Assembly: GCA_041576165.1 (NCBI GenBank)
Contig: JBFGLM010000052.1
Coordinates: forward strand, 1-30,537
Source: Acidimicrobiia bacterium
GTDB lineage: Bacteria > Actinomycetota > Acidimicrobiia > Spongiisociales > Spongiisociaceae
Direction of reading: 5' to 3'
Length of the DNA stretch: 30,537 bases
Within the stretch, counting starts at the first letter, position 1. Every line of letters begins with the position of its first letter. This document shows, in pieces, positions 1-8,723 of this stretch. The notes beneath the pieces were generated by a model. The model had not been told where the DNA came from, made no database searches, and worked only from the letters and a program-made list of their open reading frames with translations. The translations under genes were made by a program, and so were the position numbers.

Positions 1-216
1 ATGGATCTGGCATCGGTAGTAGGGCCGGTCGTGGTTCCAGGTTCCCTCCATCCGACGTCCGCATTGGCCGCAGGAGACTCGGCCGGCCAGCACGTAGTGG
101 CGTCCTTCCTTGGGGGTGTGGGTGTAGCGGCGCTTGTTGCTGTGGAACCGGGCTTGGACGGCTTCCCAGTCCTCCCGGGTGACGAGAGCCTCGTGGCTCG
201 GCTCCTCGGACCAGAC
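1..216 (-). pseudogene. Large serine recombinase fragment (end of recombinase domain plus zinc ribbon); N-terminal catalytic part missing; runs off the left edge
   Basis: Manual minus-strand translation: VWSEEPSHEALVTREDWEAVQARFHSNKRRYTHTPKEGRHYVLAGRVSCGQCGRRMEGTWNHDRPYYRCQIH. It matches the H-x-A/P-L/I-V...W..VQ motif and the L-x-G-x-x-x-C-x-x-C-G-x-x-M...YYRC ribbon of large serine recombinases. Upstream of 216 the sequence belongs to another gene. Not in the ORF track. Confidence 0.8.
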
Positions 217-1020
217 CCGGCCTGATAGGGCCGGATCCAGGTGGCGCTGTGCGCGCCACCGATCTGTCCGCCCTTGAGACGCTGCAGGGTGGAGTCGGCG
301 AACCGCGATGAGATGTCGAGGAGCTGGCGGCGGCCGACGGCCATGACGGCCATGAAGAAGATCACCAGCAGGAACCGGGTCCAGAGGCCACCGGCCACGC
401 CGAGGAGTCCGTTGAGGCCGGTGACGAGGAGGCCGAGGAAGACACCGCGGACGACCACGAGCGCGACGACGCGCACCAGGGCGGCGACCCAGTGCCACAG
501 CAGGCTTCGCCCCGCTCCGGGGAACAGTCCGGCGTAGAGGGCGATCGCCAGCAGCGCGATCAGGAACAGGGCGAGGCCCTTGGCTACGACGAGGGTGAAG
601 GCGGTGATGATGAAAAGCGCGAGGGCCGCGGCGGCGACCACCAGGTACAGCAACGCACCGACAAGGCGACCGATGGAGGCCTCGGCGTTGAAGGCGGCCT
701 GGGCTTGGCATCCCGCGGCCTCCATCAACTGCCGGGGGGCGTCATCGAATCCGTGTGGGCCCGACGCCAACGCCTGGTTGCGAGCGGGGGCGCAGCCCGG
801 TGCCTTCGAGGAGCTGGCCCCAGCTGATCGTGTCGTACGGGTCGCGTACGAACCGGGCCATCAGCGCCCCGCCGAGTTGAGCGGAGACGTCAGCGCAGCG
901 GTCGGAGTCGGCGGCGAGGGAGACGATCTCCGCTGAGATCCCACCTGCGGTGCCCATCGCTCCGGTGACCGCGCCGCCGAAGCCGGGGCCGGTGGTGACG
1001 TGGACGAGGACGGCGAACAC
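217..1020 (-). pseudogene. Truncated, frameshifted multi-TM protein resembling actinobacterial ICE/conjugative VirB6/TrbL-like proteins
   Basis: ORF 742-1020 (...FVRDPYDTISWGQLLEGT) continues after a 1-nt frameshift near 796-798 as CAPARNQALASGPHGFDDAPRQLMEAAGCQAQAAFNAEASIGRLVGALLYLVV...YAGLFPGAGRSLLWHW...FLLVIFFMAVMAVGRRQLL, with several hydrophobic helices. No plausible N-terminus. Family assignment is by recalled similarity. Confidence 0.55.
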
Positions 1021-1488
1021 GATCTTCTCAACGGCAGCTCCGTCACAGACGGCTGCAGGGTTCTGATATCGAACACCGGCTCACTCGCTGCTTCGGAGAG
1101 ATCGGATTGCTACGCGCCCGCGAGCCAGGCGCAGGTGCTAAATCCCGTCAGCGGTGCGATTGATCCGCTGCCCGGGCTGTCAGATCGTGAAATGAGCTCT
1201 GATAGCGAATGCCAACACGGCGGAGTAGCTACGTTCGTCGACGGCAGCACTGCTCTCCGCCCGCTTCCCTCTGGTTAGCTCCAGCGGCGCTCTCATCCAC
1301 TGCGTCGACGGCGAGCGGTCGATCACCTACGTCGGCGATGGCGGCTATTACGAGAACGGGCTCTTCATTCTGCTCCAGATCTGGGAGGCCATCGAGCCCC
1401 TCGTCCTGAAGCACAATCTCGAATACGACCGAGTTCTGACGTCGACGACGGCGAGCCGCCAAGTTTCCGGATTGTCCCGCGGGTCGTT

Positions 1489-1926
1489 GTGCTCGACAAC
1501 CACTACCGCAGCAGCGCTACGTCAGACGCGCCTGGTCGACCCCTCGGGACACTTGCCCCAATCGTCGCCAGCTCAGAAACACCGAGCCAGGCTGGCCTGG
1601 AGCAGATGGCGGAAGCTGCGATCCGTGACGCGAACTTGCGGTGCTCTGTCGAGGAAGTCTCGCCGCCATCACCGAGCACGAACAAGGCTGCGCCATCGCT
1701 ACGTGATGAACTCCAGATTCGATGCGCCGCCGCAGACGATCGATCGAGGCTTCTGGTTATCGCGCCTCGGACTGAGCCGTCGGTGTCGGCACCTCTTGGT
1801 TGGGTGTTGTCCGAAGCCACGCGCAAAGACCTCGACGACGCGATGGAAGTCGAGCTCAACTCCGGCGAGATACGTCTCGAGGACCTAATGCGCCAGTTGT
1901 CTGCGCTTCCCGCGGCGCAGCCGTGA
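1489..1926 (+). pseudogene. Possible degraded hypothetical gene in the element cargo
   Basis: Only the 3' part (KDLDDAMEVELNSGEIRLEDLMRQL) has coding-like codon usage. No family recognised. The region looks more AT-rich than the cluster. Confidence 0.2.
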
Positions 1927-2056
1927 GATGCAGACAAAACGATCCTGTAGTGGGTCGTCACGGTTGAATGAACGGCGGAACTGTTGAGATGAGCAGCGAC
2001 ATCGATCGGCGAGAGTGTCCCAGAAGACGGCACACCCAGTTGGAGGTGGGCCCGAC

Positions 2057-2078
2057 GGTGTCCGTCAGGTGTCCGTCA
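2057..2078 (+). repeat. Perfect tandem 11-bp direct repeat GGTGTCCGTCA x2; candidate tyrosine-integrase arm-type binding sites
   Basis: 2057-2067 and 2068-2078 are identical and lie ~100 bp upstream of the tRNA 3' fragment, the usual att-arm arrangement. A GAAATCC...GGATTTC inverted repeat (2122-2148) lies between them. Confidence 0.6.
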
Positions 2079-2180
2079 GACAACCCATAACGACCAAGAA
2101 CAACCAGAGTGAACAACAGGCGAAATCCTCTGCCCCACAAGGGATTTCAGCTGAGCCGACAGTGATCCAAAACTCTCATT

Positions 2181-2230
2181 CTGCCTTCACACGGCAGAGG
2201 TCATTGGTTCGAACCCAGTAGCGCCCACCA
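2181..2230 (+). mobile_element. 3' half of tRNA-Val(CAC); duplicated att core of an element integrated at a tRNA-Val gene (not an intact tRNA)
   Basis: Anticodon stem CTGCC/GGCAG with loop TTCACAC (anticodon CAC), variable loop AGGTC, T-arm ATTGG-TTCGAAC-CCAGT, acceptor 3' strand AGCGCCC-A-CCA. The required 5' acceptor strand (GGGCGCT) and D-arm are absent upstream. Confidence 0.85.
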
Positions 2231-2461
2231 ACTCGGAAGGCCACGCGTTGGTTGGTTTCTCAGTTGTGGCAACGTTTTCCTGCGAATCTGGATGTGCGGC
2301 TGGCTTTCAACGCGAACAGCCCGAAATAGCTGCCGAGATCGCCGGGATGCGGACACCGCACGCGACGAGGGTCAGCAAGAAGCAACACGATATCCATGTC
2401 GTGTCCAGAGGACCCGGGCGAGTTGGCCGAGATATGCGCCGGACGGATTCGCGCCCGGACG

Positions 2462-3253
2462 TCAATCCGGGAGCCGGACCGCCTTTCCCTGCGCCAGATG
2501 GAGCGATGCATCGCTCACGATCGCCGGCGCGTTGGATCCCGTCGCCAGTTTCTCCGACACTGGGATGCAGCCCCCGGTGTAGCGCATGAAGTCCTTCCAG
2601 GCCTCCATGTTCTCGGGTGCCAGCAGCGTATACGTGAACAGGTGCATCATGAACGCCCCGCCGGGGTCCGCGTCGTACTGCTGCTCGAAGATCTTCAGCA
2701 CTTCGGCGGCCGGGCGGGGGTGGTAAAACAGCAATTCGACGTCGTGCGGGTACTTGGCAGGGACCCAGGTCACCCCGTCCGGCATGGCATCGTTGTCGTG
2801 TGGTGTGACGCTGGAGAACCACTCGATGCCCACGTCGACGAGGGCGGCGGCCGCCTCGGGGCTCATTGCGCCCTTGGCGCCGATCCACAGACCGTTGGGC
2901 TCGACGCCGACCTCGGCAAGCCCGTCGACGCACATCTCCAACTCATCACGCAGTGTTGTCCGCGTCATCTCGGGAGTAACGAGGTAGTGCAGCCTCCCGT
3001 GAGTCCCGACCTCATGCCCCTCGTCGACCATCCGTCTGATCACCCGCTTGCGATACGGGACGTCTCGCCACAGGAAACAGAAAGTCATCCGGGCGTTCAC
3101 CAACCGGGCGGCATCGAGCCAGGTGAAGTAGTGCTCGTCCTCGTACCATCGGGAATGGAGCCACAGCTTGCGTCGGGCAAGATCGGGGTCGCTTTCGGAG
3201 ATGTCCTTGGTAAACCAGTACAGCTCCTCCTGGTAGGCGTCGAACTGTGCCAT
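2462..3253 (-). CDS. Polysaccharide deacetylase/NodB (CE4) fold metal-dependent hydrolase, divergent
   Basis: GHEVGTHGRLH metal motif, RMTFCF strand, C-terminal MMH. ATG at 3253 has GGAGG RBS (ORF track extends to 3286). Confidence 0.75.
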   Translation of the reverse strand: MAQFDAYQEELYWFTKDISESDPDLARRKLWLHSRWYEDEHYFTWLDAARLVNARMTFCFLWRDVPYRKRVIRRMVDEGHEVGTHGRLHYLVTPEMTRTTLRDELEMCVDGLAEVGVEPNGLWIGAKGAMSPEAAAALVDVGIEWFSSVTPHDNDAMPDGVTWVPAKYPHDVELLFYHPRPAAEVLKIFEQQYDADPGGAFMMHLFTYTLLAPENMEAWKDFMRYTGGCIPVSEKLATGSNAPAIVSDASLHLAQGKAVRLPD

Positions 3254-3321
3254 GCCGATTCCTCCGATCACCCGCCGGCCGAGCATATCGAACGGACTGT
3301 GAGGCTGGTGGACGGCTGGGA

Positions 3322-4176
3322 TCAGGGAAGAGCACGCGCTGTCAGCAAAGCCACCTGGTCGGCGAATCCCCTGGGATCGTCAGCAGCGATGAAGTCGGTT
3401 CCGCCGGAGAACACGTGGCTCGTCGCCAGCGGGACCGAAGCACGGGCCGCCTCGAACCATCCGAAGACTCGGTCGCGCTCGCCGCCAAGGAGATGGACCG
3501 GCATCGAAAGGCTTCGCAGCGCCGGGAGTGGATCGTATCGCCACATTGCCCGATAGGCGGTGGCATAGTCCCGGCCGCACGCCAGGTACGCTTCCACGTG
3601 CCACTGCACCTCCGCAGGGCTGAGATAGGGGTACTGACCGAGGACCCGCTGCCAGAGGTCGATCAGGTGGCTGCCGTCCGCTCGCACGACGATGGGCTCG
3701 GCAAAGTCGGATGCGAGGCGCTGACGTCGGGCGTCTGCGGTGTAGACGGGAAGGCCGTGGAGCACGAGGCCCTGGGTGCGTTCCGGAGCGCGGTGGGCGG
3801 CTGCCAATGCGATGACCGATCCCGTCGCCCGGCCCAGCAATACAGCTGGCGCGCCGGTTGTACCGACGCGGTCCGCGATCTGCCAAACGAGATCGGCGTA
3901 GTCCTCCATCTCCCACCCACCCGGGACGGGGTCCGACCACCCGTACCCGGGCGTATCGAAGGCAAACGGATGGGTGAATTCGGAGAGGAGAGGAAGGACG
4001 GCGTCATAGTGACCGGAATGAAGCGGCGTCTGGTGGATTACCAGGAGCAGCGGCAGATGCGCCGCATCCTGCCGATCGACGGTCCGGTAATGCACATGAC
4101 CCCACGGCAGCCGCACATACCCGCGCTGGACTGGCTCGACCGGGATGTCCTGCGGTCCTTGGCCGGGCGACGACAC
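3322..4176 (-). CDS. Alpha/beta hydrolase fold protein with non-canonical nucleophile elbow
   Basis: GHVHYR, IHQTP, DTPGYGWSD motifs. Elbow is G-R-A-T-G. C-terminal GGTDF sits where GAGH-x is usual. Confidence 0.85.
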   Translation of the reverse strand: MSSPGQGPQDIPVEPVQRGYVRLPWGHVHYRTVDRQDAAHLPLLLVIHQTPLHSGHYDAVLPLLSEFTHPFAFDTPGYGWSDPVPGGWEMEDYADLVWQIADRVGTTGAPAVLLGRATGSVIALAAAHRAPERTQGLVLHGLPVYTADARRQRLASDFAEPIVVRADGSHLIDLWQRVLGQYPYLSPAEVQWHVEAYLACGRDYATAYRAMWRYDPLPALRSLSMPVHLLGGERDRVFGWFEAARASVPLATSHVFSGGTDFIAADDPRGFADQVALLTARALP

Positions 4177-4183
4177 GGTGCCG

Positions 4184-4189
4184 ACTCTA
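4184..4189 (-). promoter_or_regulatory. Candidate -10 element (TAGAGT) for a leaderless transcript of the 3322-4176 gene
   Basis: TAnnnT hexamer 7 nt upstream of the GTG start, with no SD in between; typical actinobacterial leaderless layout. Confidence 0.35.
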
Positions 4190-4265
4190 CTGGCCGAGCT
4201 CGAGGATTCTCCGGTGGTCGTGCGATAAGGTCGGTCAGGCGCTCAGCGAAGGAGGGGATGCCAAC

Positions 4266-5267
4266 TTGGCGGCTTTGATCACCGGAGGGAACGGTTTCGT
4301 CGGCCTCAACCTCGCGGAGGAGTTGCTGACGAGCGGGCGCACGGTAGTGACCTTCAGTCGGCGCCCCCTCCCGGAGCCGGCTCGTCAGGAACTCGCCGAT
4401 CTCGACGGCATCCTCATTACCGAGCAAGGTGACGTTCGCGACTGCGACGCGCTGAGGCGAGTCATAGCCGAAAACGCGGTGGACAGGGTCTTCCACGGCG
4501 CCATCGTCACGGCAGGCCGCCACAGGGAGCTGAGCTCGGCGAGGGACATCGTGGACATCAATGTGATGGGGACCGTCGCCGTGCTCGACGCCGCCCGGCA
4601 CGAGGGCGTGAAGCGGGTTGTCTACGCCTCCTCGGGTGCCGTGTACGGGGATTCCCGATTCGGCCCCGAGCCGCTGGATGAGACTGCGCCGTTCGCGCCG
4701 ACGGCGCTCTACGGCATAACGAAGGTGACCGGGGAGCTGCTCACGCGCCGCTATCAAGAGCTATGGGGGCTATCGACAGTGTCCGCTCGGATCAACGCTG
4801 TCTTCGGACCGTGGGAGCGGGACACGGGAGTGCGTGATACTTTGAGCCCCATGCTGGGTCTGGCGGCTGCCGCGCTCCGCGGCGAACGAGTTCGGTGGTA
4901 CCGCGGCTCGCCGCAGGACTGGATCTACTCTCGCGATGTGGCTCACGCGTGTGCAGTGCTCCTCACTACGGAGACGATCGCTCACGACGCCTACAACATT
5001 GCACCTGGATATGCATGGGATGTTGCGAGGTGGGTCGACCGGCTCGCGATCGGATACGCCGAATTGGATCTGGAATCGGTGGCGGCACCGGAAGACGCCG
5101 ACATAGTGGAGCACACGACACCGGGCCGGGTCAGGACCCCGGTTGCCAACGATCGGATCAGGGAGCTGATCACCGAATTCCCCCGACACGATTCCGACGC
5201 CGCGCTGGACGACTATCTCCGCTGGATCGAGGACCACGCCGACTTCATCGCAGCAGCGATCCCGTGA
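4266..5267 (+). CDS. NAD-dependent epimerase/dehydratase (extended SDR)
   Basis: ITGGNGFVG Rossmann motif, ASSGAVYG, YGITK catalytic YxxxK, AVFGP, DWIYSRDVA. Confidence 0.92.
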   Translation: MAALITGGNGFVGLNLAEELLTSGRTVVTFSRRPLPEPARQELADLDGILITEQGDVRDCDALRRVIAENAVDRVFHGAIVTAGRHRELSSARDIVDINVMGTVAVLDAARHEGVKRVVYASSGAVYGDSRFGPEPLDETAPFAPTALYGITKVTGELLTRRYQELWGLSTVSARINAVFGPWERDTGVRDTLSPMLGLAAAALRGERVRWYRGSPQDWIYSRDVAHACAVLLTTETIAHDAYNIAPGYAWDVARWVDRLAIGYAELDLESVAAPEDADIVEHTTPGRVRTPVANDRIRELITEFPRHDSDAALDDYLRWIEDHADFIAAAIP

Positions 5268-5336
5268 TACCGGAGCCGTCCCGGGTCGGGCTTCGCGTCG
5301 CGGCCGCCTCGATCTTTGCGGCTTAGAATCGAAGCC

Positions 5337-5868
5337 ATGCCATCAACGTGTTCCAGCGGGGCAGCGTGGACGGCATCGTGGTGGATGACCCCCGCCGATC
5401 ACAGACCGTTGGAGAGGATCACCATCAATCGCGCCGGCTATCCGGTGGGTCGGACCATGGGTGCCCCCATCGACGACGACTGGTCCGTTGAATTGATCCA
5501 CCGGGCAGTCCGCCGGCGATTCGAACAGATGGGTGCATCCCCTCGTGGAGGTCGTGTGAGTGGGAACTCCATCGGGGACCGCGGTGAATGACGGGCCGCA
5601 CGTCTGCGGTTTCGGGCTCCAAGCCCCACGTGTCGTCTTCCCCCGCATCCACCGCGAGTTTCTCGATCCCGGCGAGATCTGGCGGCGTTGCCTCGAGAGA
5701 ACCGAACGTCACCTTGCCAGTGGGCAGAACCTGGCATCGGCGCGGGACCAGGCCGCCGTAGATCGCAACCTCGCCGGCATCTTGGTCCGGCCAGCTCGGA
5801 TCCGAGCCGAGGGGTTCGGCTCGCGGGCCGTGTCGTGCACCGGGACGTGCTACCCGCGTGATGGCTGA
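5337..5868 (+). pseudogene. Probable decayed gene of unknown function
   Basis: Coding-like GC3-rich stretches in successive + frames (RAGYPVGRTMGAPIDDDWSVELIHRAVRRRF; VVFPRIHREFLDPGEIWRRCLERTERHL...AAVDRNLAGILV). No family recognised. Confidence 0.3.
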
Positions 5869-7297
5869 TGGGCCGCTCATCCCGGCGTTGGCCAGGTGGG
5901 CTGCGGCAGTGCGCGACCAGGGTCTGCCCGGTCCGGTTGCCACGGATGCCCGCCGGCGCGTGCTCGACACGACTGGAATCATGTTGGCCGCCCTGCGACT
6001 GCCAACAAGCGCCGCCGCCCTCACTTGGGTCGCCGCCCGCGGAGGCGCGACCCGCGCCACGGTGCCGGGCTTGGCGCACCGCACCACCGTCGGCGATGCC
6101 GCTTTCGCCACCGGCGTGCTCGCCGGATCCTTGGAGTTCGATGACACCCACTTGCCATCGATCGTCCATCCGAGCGCCTCAGTGGTGCCCGCCTCCCTTG
6201 CCGCCGCCGAGAGTGGAGCCGCGGATGGCGCCACCTTGCTGGTGGGTGTGGCCGTCGGGATCGAGATCGCCGTCCGGATCGGGATGGCCGGATACGTCCC
6301 GGAGACGCGAACCAATCTCTGGCTGGAGCGCGGCCAACACGCCACTTCGATCTGCGGCATGGTCGGCGCCGCAGCGGCTGCCGCGCTGGTCATGGGGCTC
6401 CCCGCCGCCGCGATCGCACATGCGATGGGCGGTGCTGTTTCCAACGCTTCGGGCATCCTCGAGGCCAACCGCACCGGGGGCACGATGAAGCGGACCCACT
6501 ATGGATGGGCCGCCATGGGTGGGGTCATCGCAGCTGAGTTGGCAGCCGCCGGCTTCACCGGCCCGCCGACCGCATTGGAAGGTCGCTACGGGATGTTCAC
6601 CGGTCTGCTCGGAGACTCCGCCAGGACCGCCCCGGTGGTAGATGGCCTCGGTGAGCGCTGGCTCGTCCACGACGTTGTGGTCAAGCCGTATCCGACGAGC
6701 GCCTTCGCCCACGGCGCAATCGACGCCGTGCTGCGGCTGCGCGACGCGGGCCTGCGCCCGGCAGACGTCGCTACTCTGACGTTGCGGGTCTCGGCGCCGG
6801 CGGTACGAACACTCGGCGAGCCGATCGAGCTCAAACGCCGGCCGGCAAACGCGTTTGAGGCGCAGCGCTCCGGGCCGTATCTGATAGCAGCGGCCCTCGC
6901 CGGGGGGAGCGGACTCGGTGTAGGTCTGGACGACTTCACTGACGATCTCCTCCGGGACCCTATCCGGCTCGATCTCGCATCTCGCGTCTGCGTGGAGGCG
7001 GCGGCGGAATTCGATACAGAGTTTCCCGAGCGTTTTCCCGCCGAGGTGACTGTGACGACGACTGGGGGGCGAGAGCTGACGGAGCGGGTACTCGACCCGA
7101 GAGGCGGGCCGGAGGCACCGCTTTCGGCAGACGAAGTCACAGCCAAGTTTGCCGACAACGTTCGCTCGGTGCTCGAGCCGGAGCAGGCAGATCTGTTGCG
7201 CTGGGCCGTTGGGGAACTCGGAGTAGCGACAGGACCGGCCGACGTCGCGTCTGCGCTCGCGGCGAGCAGCCTGAGTAGCTCTCCAATGCACACGTGA
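5861..7297 (+). CDS. MmgE/PrpD family protein (canonical motifs)
   Basis: LEFDDTH...HPS, GQHATSICG, GILEANRTGGTMKRTHYG, FTGPPTALEGRYG, KPYPT...HGAIDA, PRGGPEAPLS. Confidence 0.92.
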   Translation: MADGPLIPALARWAAAVRDQGLPGPVATDARRRVLDTTGIMLAALRLPTSAAALTWVAARGGATRATVPGLAHRTTVGDAAFATGVLAGSLEFDDTHLPSIVHPSASVVPASLAAAESGAADGATLLVGVAVGIEIAVRIGMAGYVPETRTNLWLERGQHATSICGMVGAAAAAALVMGLPAAAIAHAMGGAVSNASGILEANRTGGTMKRTHYGWAAMGGVIAAELAAAGFTGPPTALEGRYGMFTGLLGDSARTAPVVDGLGERWLVHDVVVKPYPTSAFAHGAIDAVLRLRDAGLRPADVATLTLRVSAPAVRTLGEPIELKRRPANAFEAQRSGPYLIAAALAGGSGLGVGLDDFTDDLLRDPIRLDLASRVCVEAAAEFDTEFPERFPAEVTVTTTGGRELTERVLDPRGGPEAPLSADEVTAKFADNVRSVLEPEQADLLRWAVGELGVATGPADVASALAASSLSSSPMHT

Positions 7298-7309
7298 AGC
7301 AGGCCGTCC

Positions 7310-8173
7310 TCAGACGACAAGCAGCGGGTTGACCAGGCTCCCGGTGGCACCAACGATCGGGAGCGGAGCCACGACCGCCATCCCCGCCGAGAACGCTTCT
7401 CCCGCCCCGGCGGCGCGGGCGGCGGCGAAGTCGCAGTTGTCGACTATCGCCAGCCCAATCGCCCAGATCAGCCGGTGCACGTTGAGCCGTTCCCGCGGCT
7501 CGATGGGCGCATCGAGGAGATCCCAGAGGAGCAGCGCGATGGAATGGTCGGCGAGCCACTCTGCGACGTCATCGGTGACAGCCTGGTAGAGATCCTCCGG
7601 GCCATCGGAAGTCAAGCGATCCCGACCCAGGTCGAGGATCAGTGCATCGCCGGGTTCGGGGATGAGGCCGGCGCCGTTCAGGACGGCTTCGATCTCGGCC
7701 GCCGTGGCCGGGTCATCGGCCCCGACGGCGCTCGACCCCCGAAAGGACGGGACGTCGACGTAGAGACCGCGGGTCACGATCCCCGTCCGGGCCCATGTCT
7801 CGATGGAGGTCGGCGCGGGGATCTCGGACGAGGGGACTTGTCCGTACCAGGCGCCATCCCACCCGACGTGGGACAGGCCGTCGAGATGCGTCTTGTCCAG
7901 TCCGTGGCATGCCGCCGAGAAGCGGTCGTAACCCACCGTCACTCGCCCGAACTCCTCTACCCACCGGTGCAAGTGCAATGCTTTGTCGTCATCTGGGTCA
8001 TTTCCGACCAGCCGGCGCGCCAGGCTGATGCTGCGACCGTGGCGGACCGTGGCAACCGCCCGGGCGATGGCAGCAGGGTCGATGGACGCCACTGAACCGC
8101 ACCGTTGCGGATCCGGAGCCCCTTCTCCGGCGAGCTCCTCGAGCCGGCGGTCGAGTCGGGAAGGCTCTCTCAC
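7310..8173 (-). CDS. Cyclase-family (kynurenine formamidase-like) metal-dependent hydrolase
   Basis: HGLDKTHLDGLSH metal motif, GIVTRGLYVDVP, PGDALIL, C-terminal APLPIVGATGSLVNPL. AGGAG RBS before the GTG. Confidence 0.88.
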   Translation of the reverse strand: MREPSRLDRRLEELAGEGAPDPQRCGSVASIDPAAIARAVATVRHGRSISLARRLVGNDPDDDKALHLHRWVEEFGRVTVGYDRFSAACHGLDKTHLDGLSHVGWDGAWYGQVPSSEIPAPTSIETWARTGIVTRGLYVDVPSFRGSSAVGADDPATAAEIEAVLNGAGLIPEPGDALILDLGRDRLTSDGPEDLYQAVTDDVAEWLADHSIALLLWDLLDAPIEPRERLNVHRLIWAIGLAIVDNCDFAAARAAGAGEAFSAGMAVVAPLPIVGATGSLVNPLLVV

Positions 8174-8299
8174 GATCTGCTCCTGCGCTGGGTGCGGATC
8201 ACCAGGGTGGGGTTTGGTCGCCTCGCGGACACTAGCCCGCCGCGCGAACGGTCGCTACGCTGCCCAAGGGTCGTCGAGGAGGACATTACGAACGCGCCG

Positions 8300-8695
8300 T
8301 TGATTCTTCGAACGGCTGACGCAACTTCGATCGACCGCGGCTCGGGGATCAGAAGCATCCCACTCGTCGGCGGGGACACCGGAGCCGAACGCCTGCTGGC
8401 CGGCGTGACCGTGCTTCCTCCGGGAGCATCGATTCCGCTACACACGCACTCGAGTGAGGAGTTCATCCTCATCCTCGAAGGCGACGCCATGTGCGAATTA
8501 GAAGAGGAGTCGCACCGGCTGGCCCCCCTCGATGCCACCTACGTGCCTGCCGGGATTCCGCACCGGTTCCTCAACGTCGGGGATGGACCGATGCGCATCT
8601 TGTGGGTGTACACCGACGTGGACACGACCAGAACCCTGGTGGCGTCGGGCGAAACCCTCGGTCATCTCGACTCCTATCCGGACGAAGGGTCGTGA
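8300..8695 (+). CDS. Cupin domain protein (start uncertain: TTG 8300 or ATT 8285)
   Basis: PGASIPLHTHSSEE and YVPAGIPHRFLN cupin motifs. GAGGAGG at 8276-8282. Confidence 0.88.
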   Translation: MILRTADATSIDRGSGIRSIPLVGGDTGAERLLAGVTVLPPGASIPLHTHSSEEFILILEGDAMCELEEESHRLAPLDATYVPAGIPHRFLNVGDGPMRILWVYTDVDTTRTLVASGETLGHLDSYPDEGS

Positions 8696-8723
8696 CGCTC
8701 GGAGGGCATTCGAGGCAACCGGG

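Noticed and set aside
1-936. Plus-strand ORFs 1-225, 241-537, 492-827, 580-936
   Set aside because: Antisense shadows of the minus-strand recombinase and membrane-protein remnants.
1226-1470. Protein-like + frame GALIHCVDGERSITYVGDGGYYENGLFILLQIWEAIEPLVLKH
   Set aside because: No start codon and no recognisable family; too weak to call, probably decayed cargo.
2150-2230. Intact tRNA-Val gene
   Set aside because: No 5' acceptor strand (GGGCGCT) or D-arm upstream of 2181; only the 3' half is present.
5589-5615. TGA followed by a small hairpin (CCGCA-CGTC-TGCGG) as a second Sec site
   Set aside because: Loop is only ~9 nt from the UGA, there is no redox motif, and the read-through frame is not protein-like.
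5861-7297. prpD / methylcitrate cycle
   Set aside because: No prpB or prpC nearby; only a family-level call is justified.
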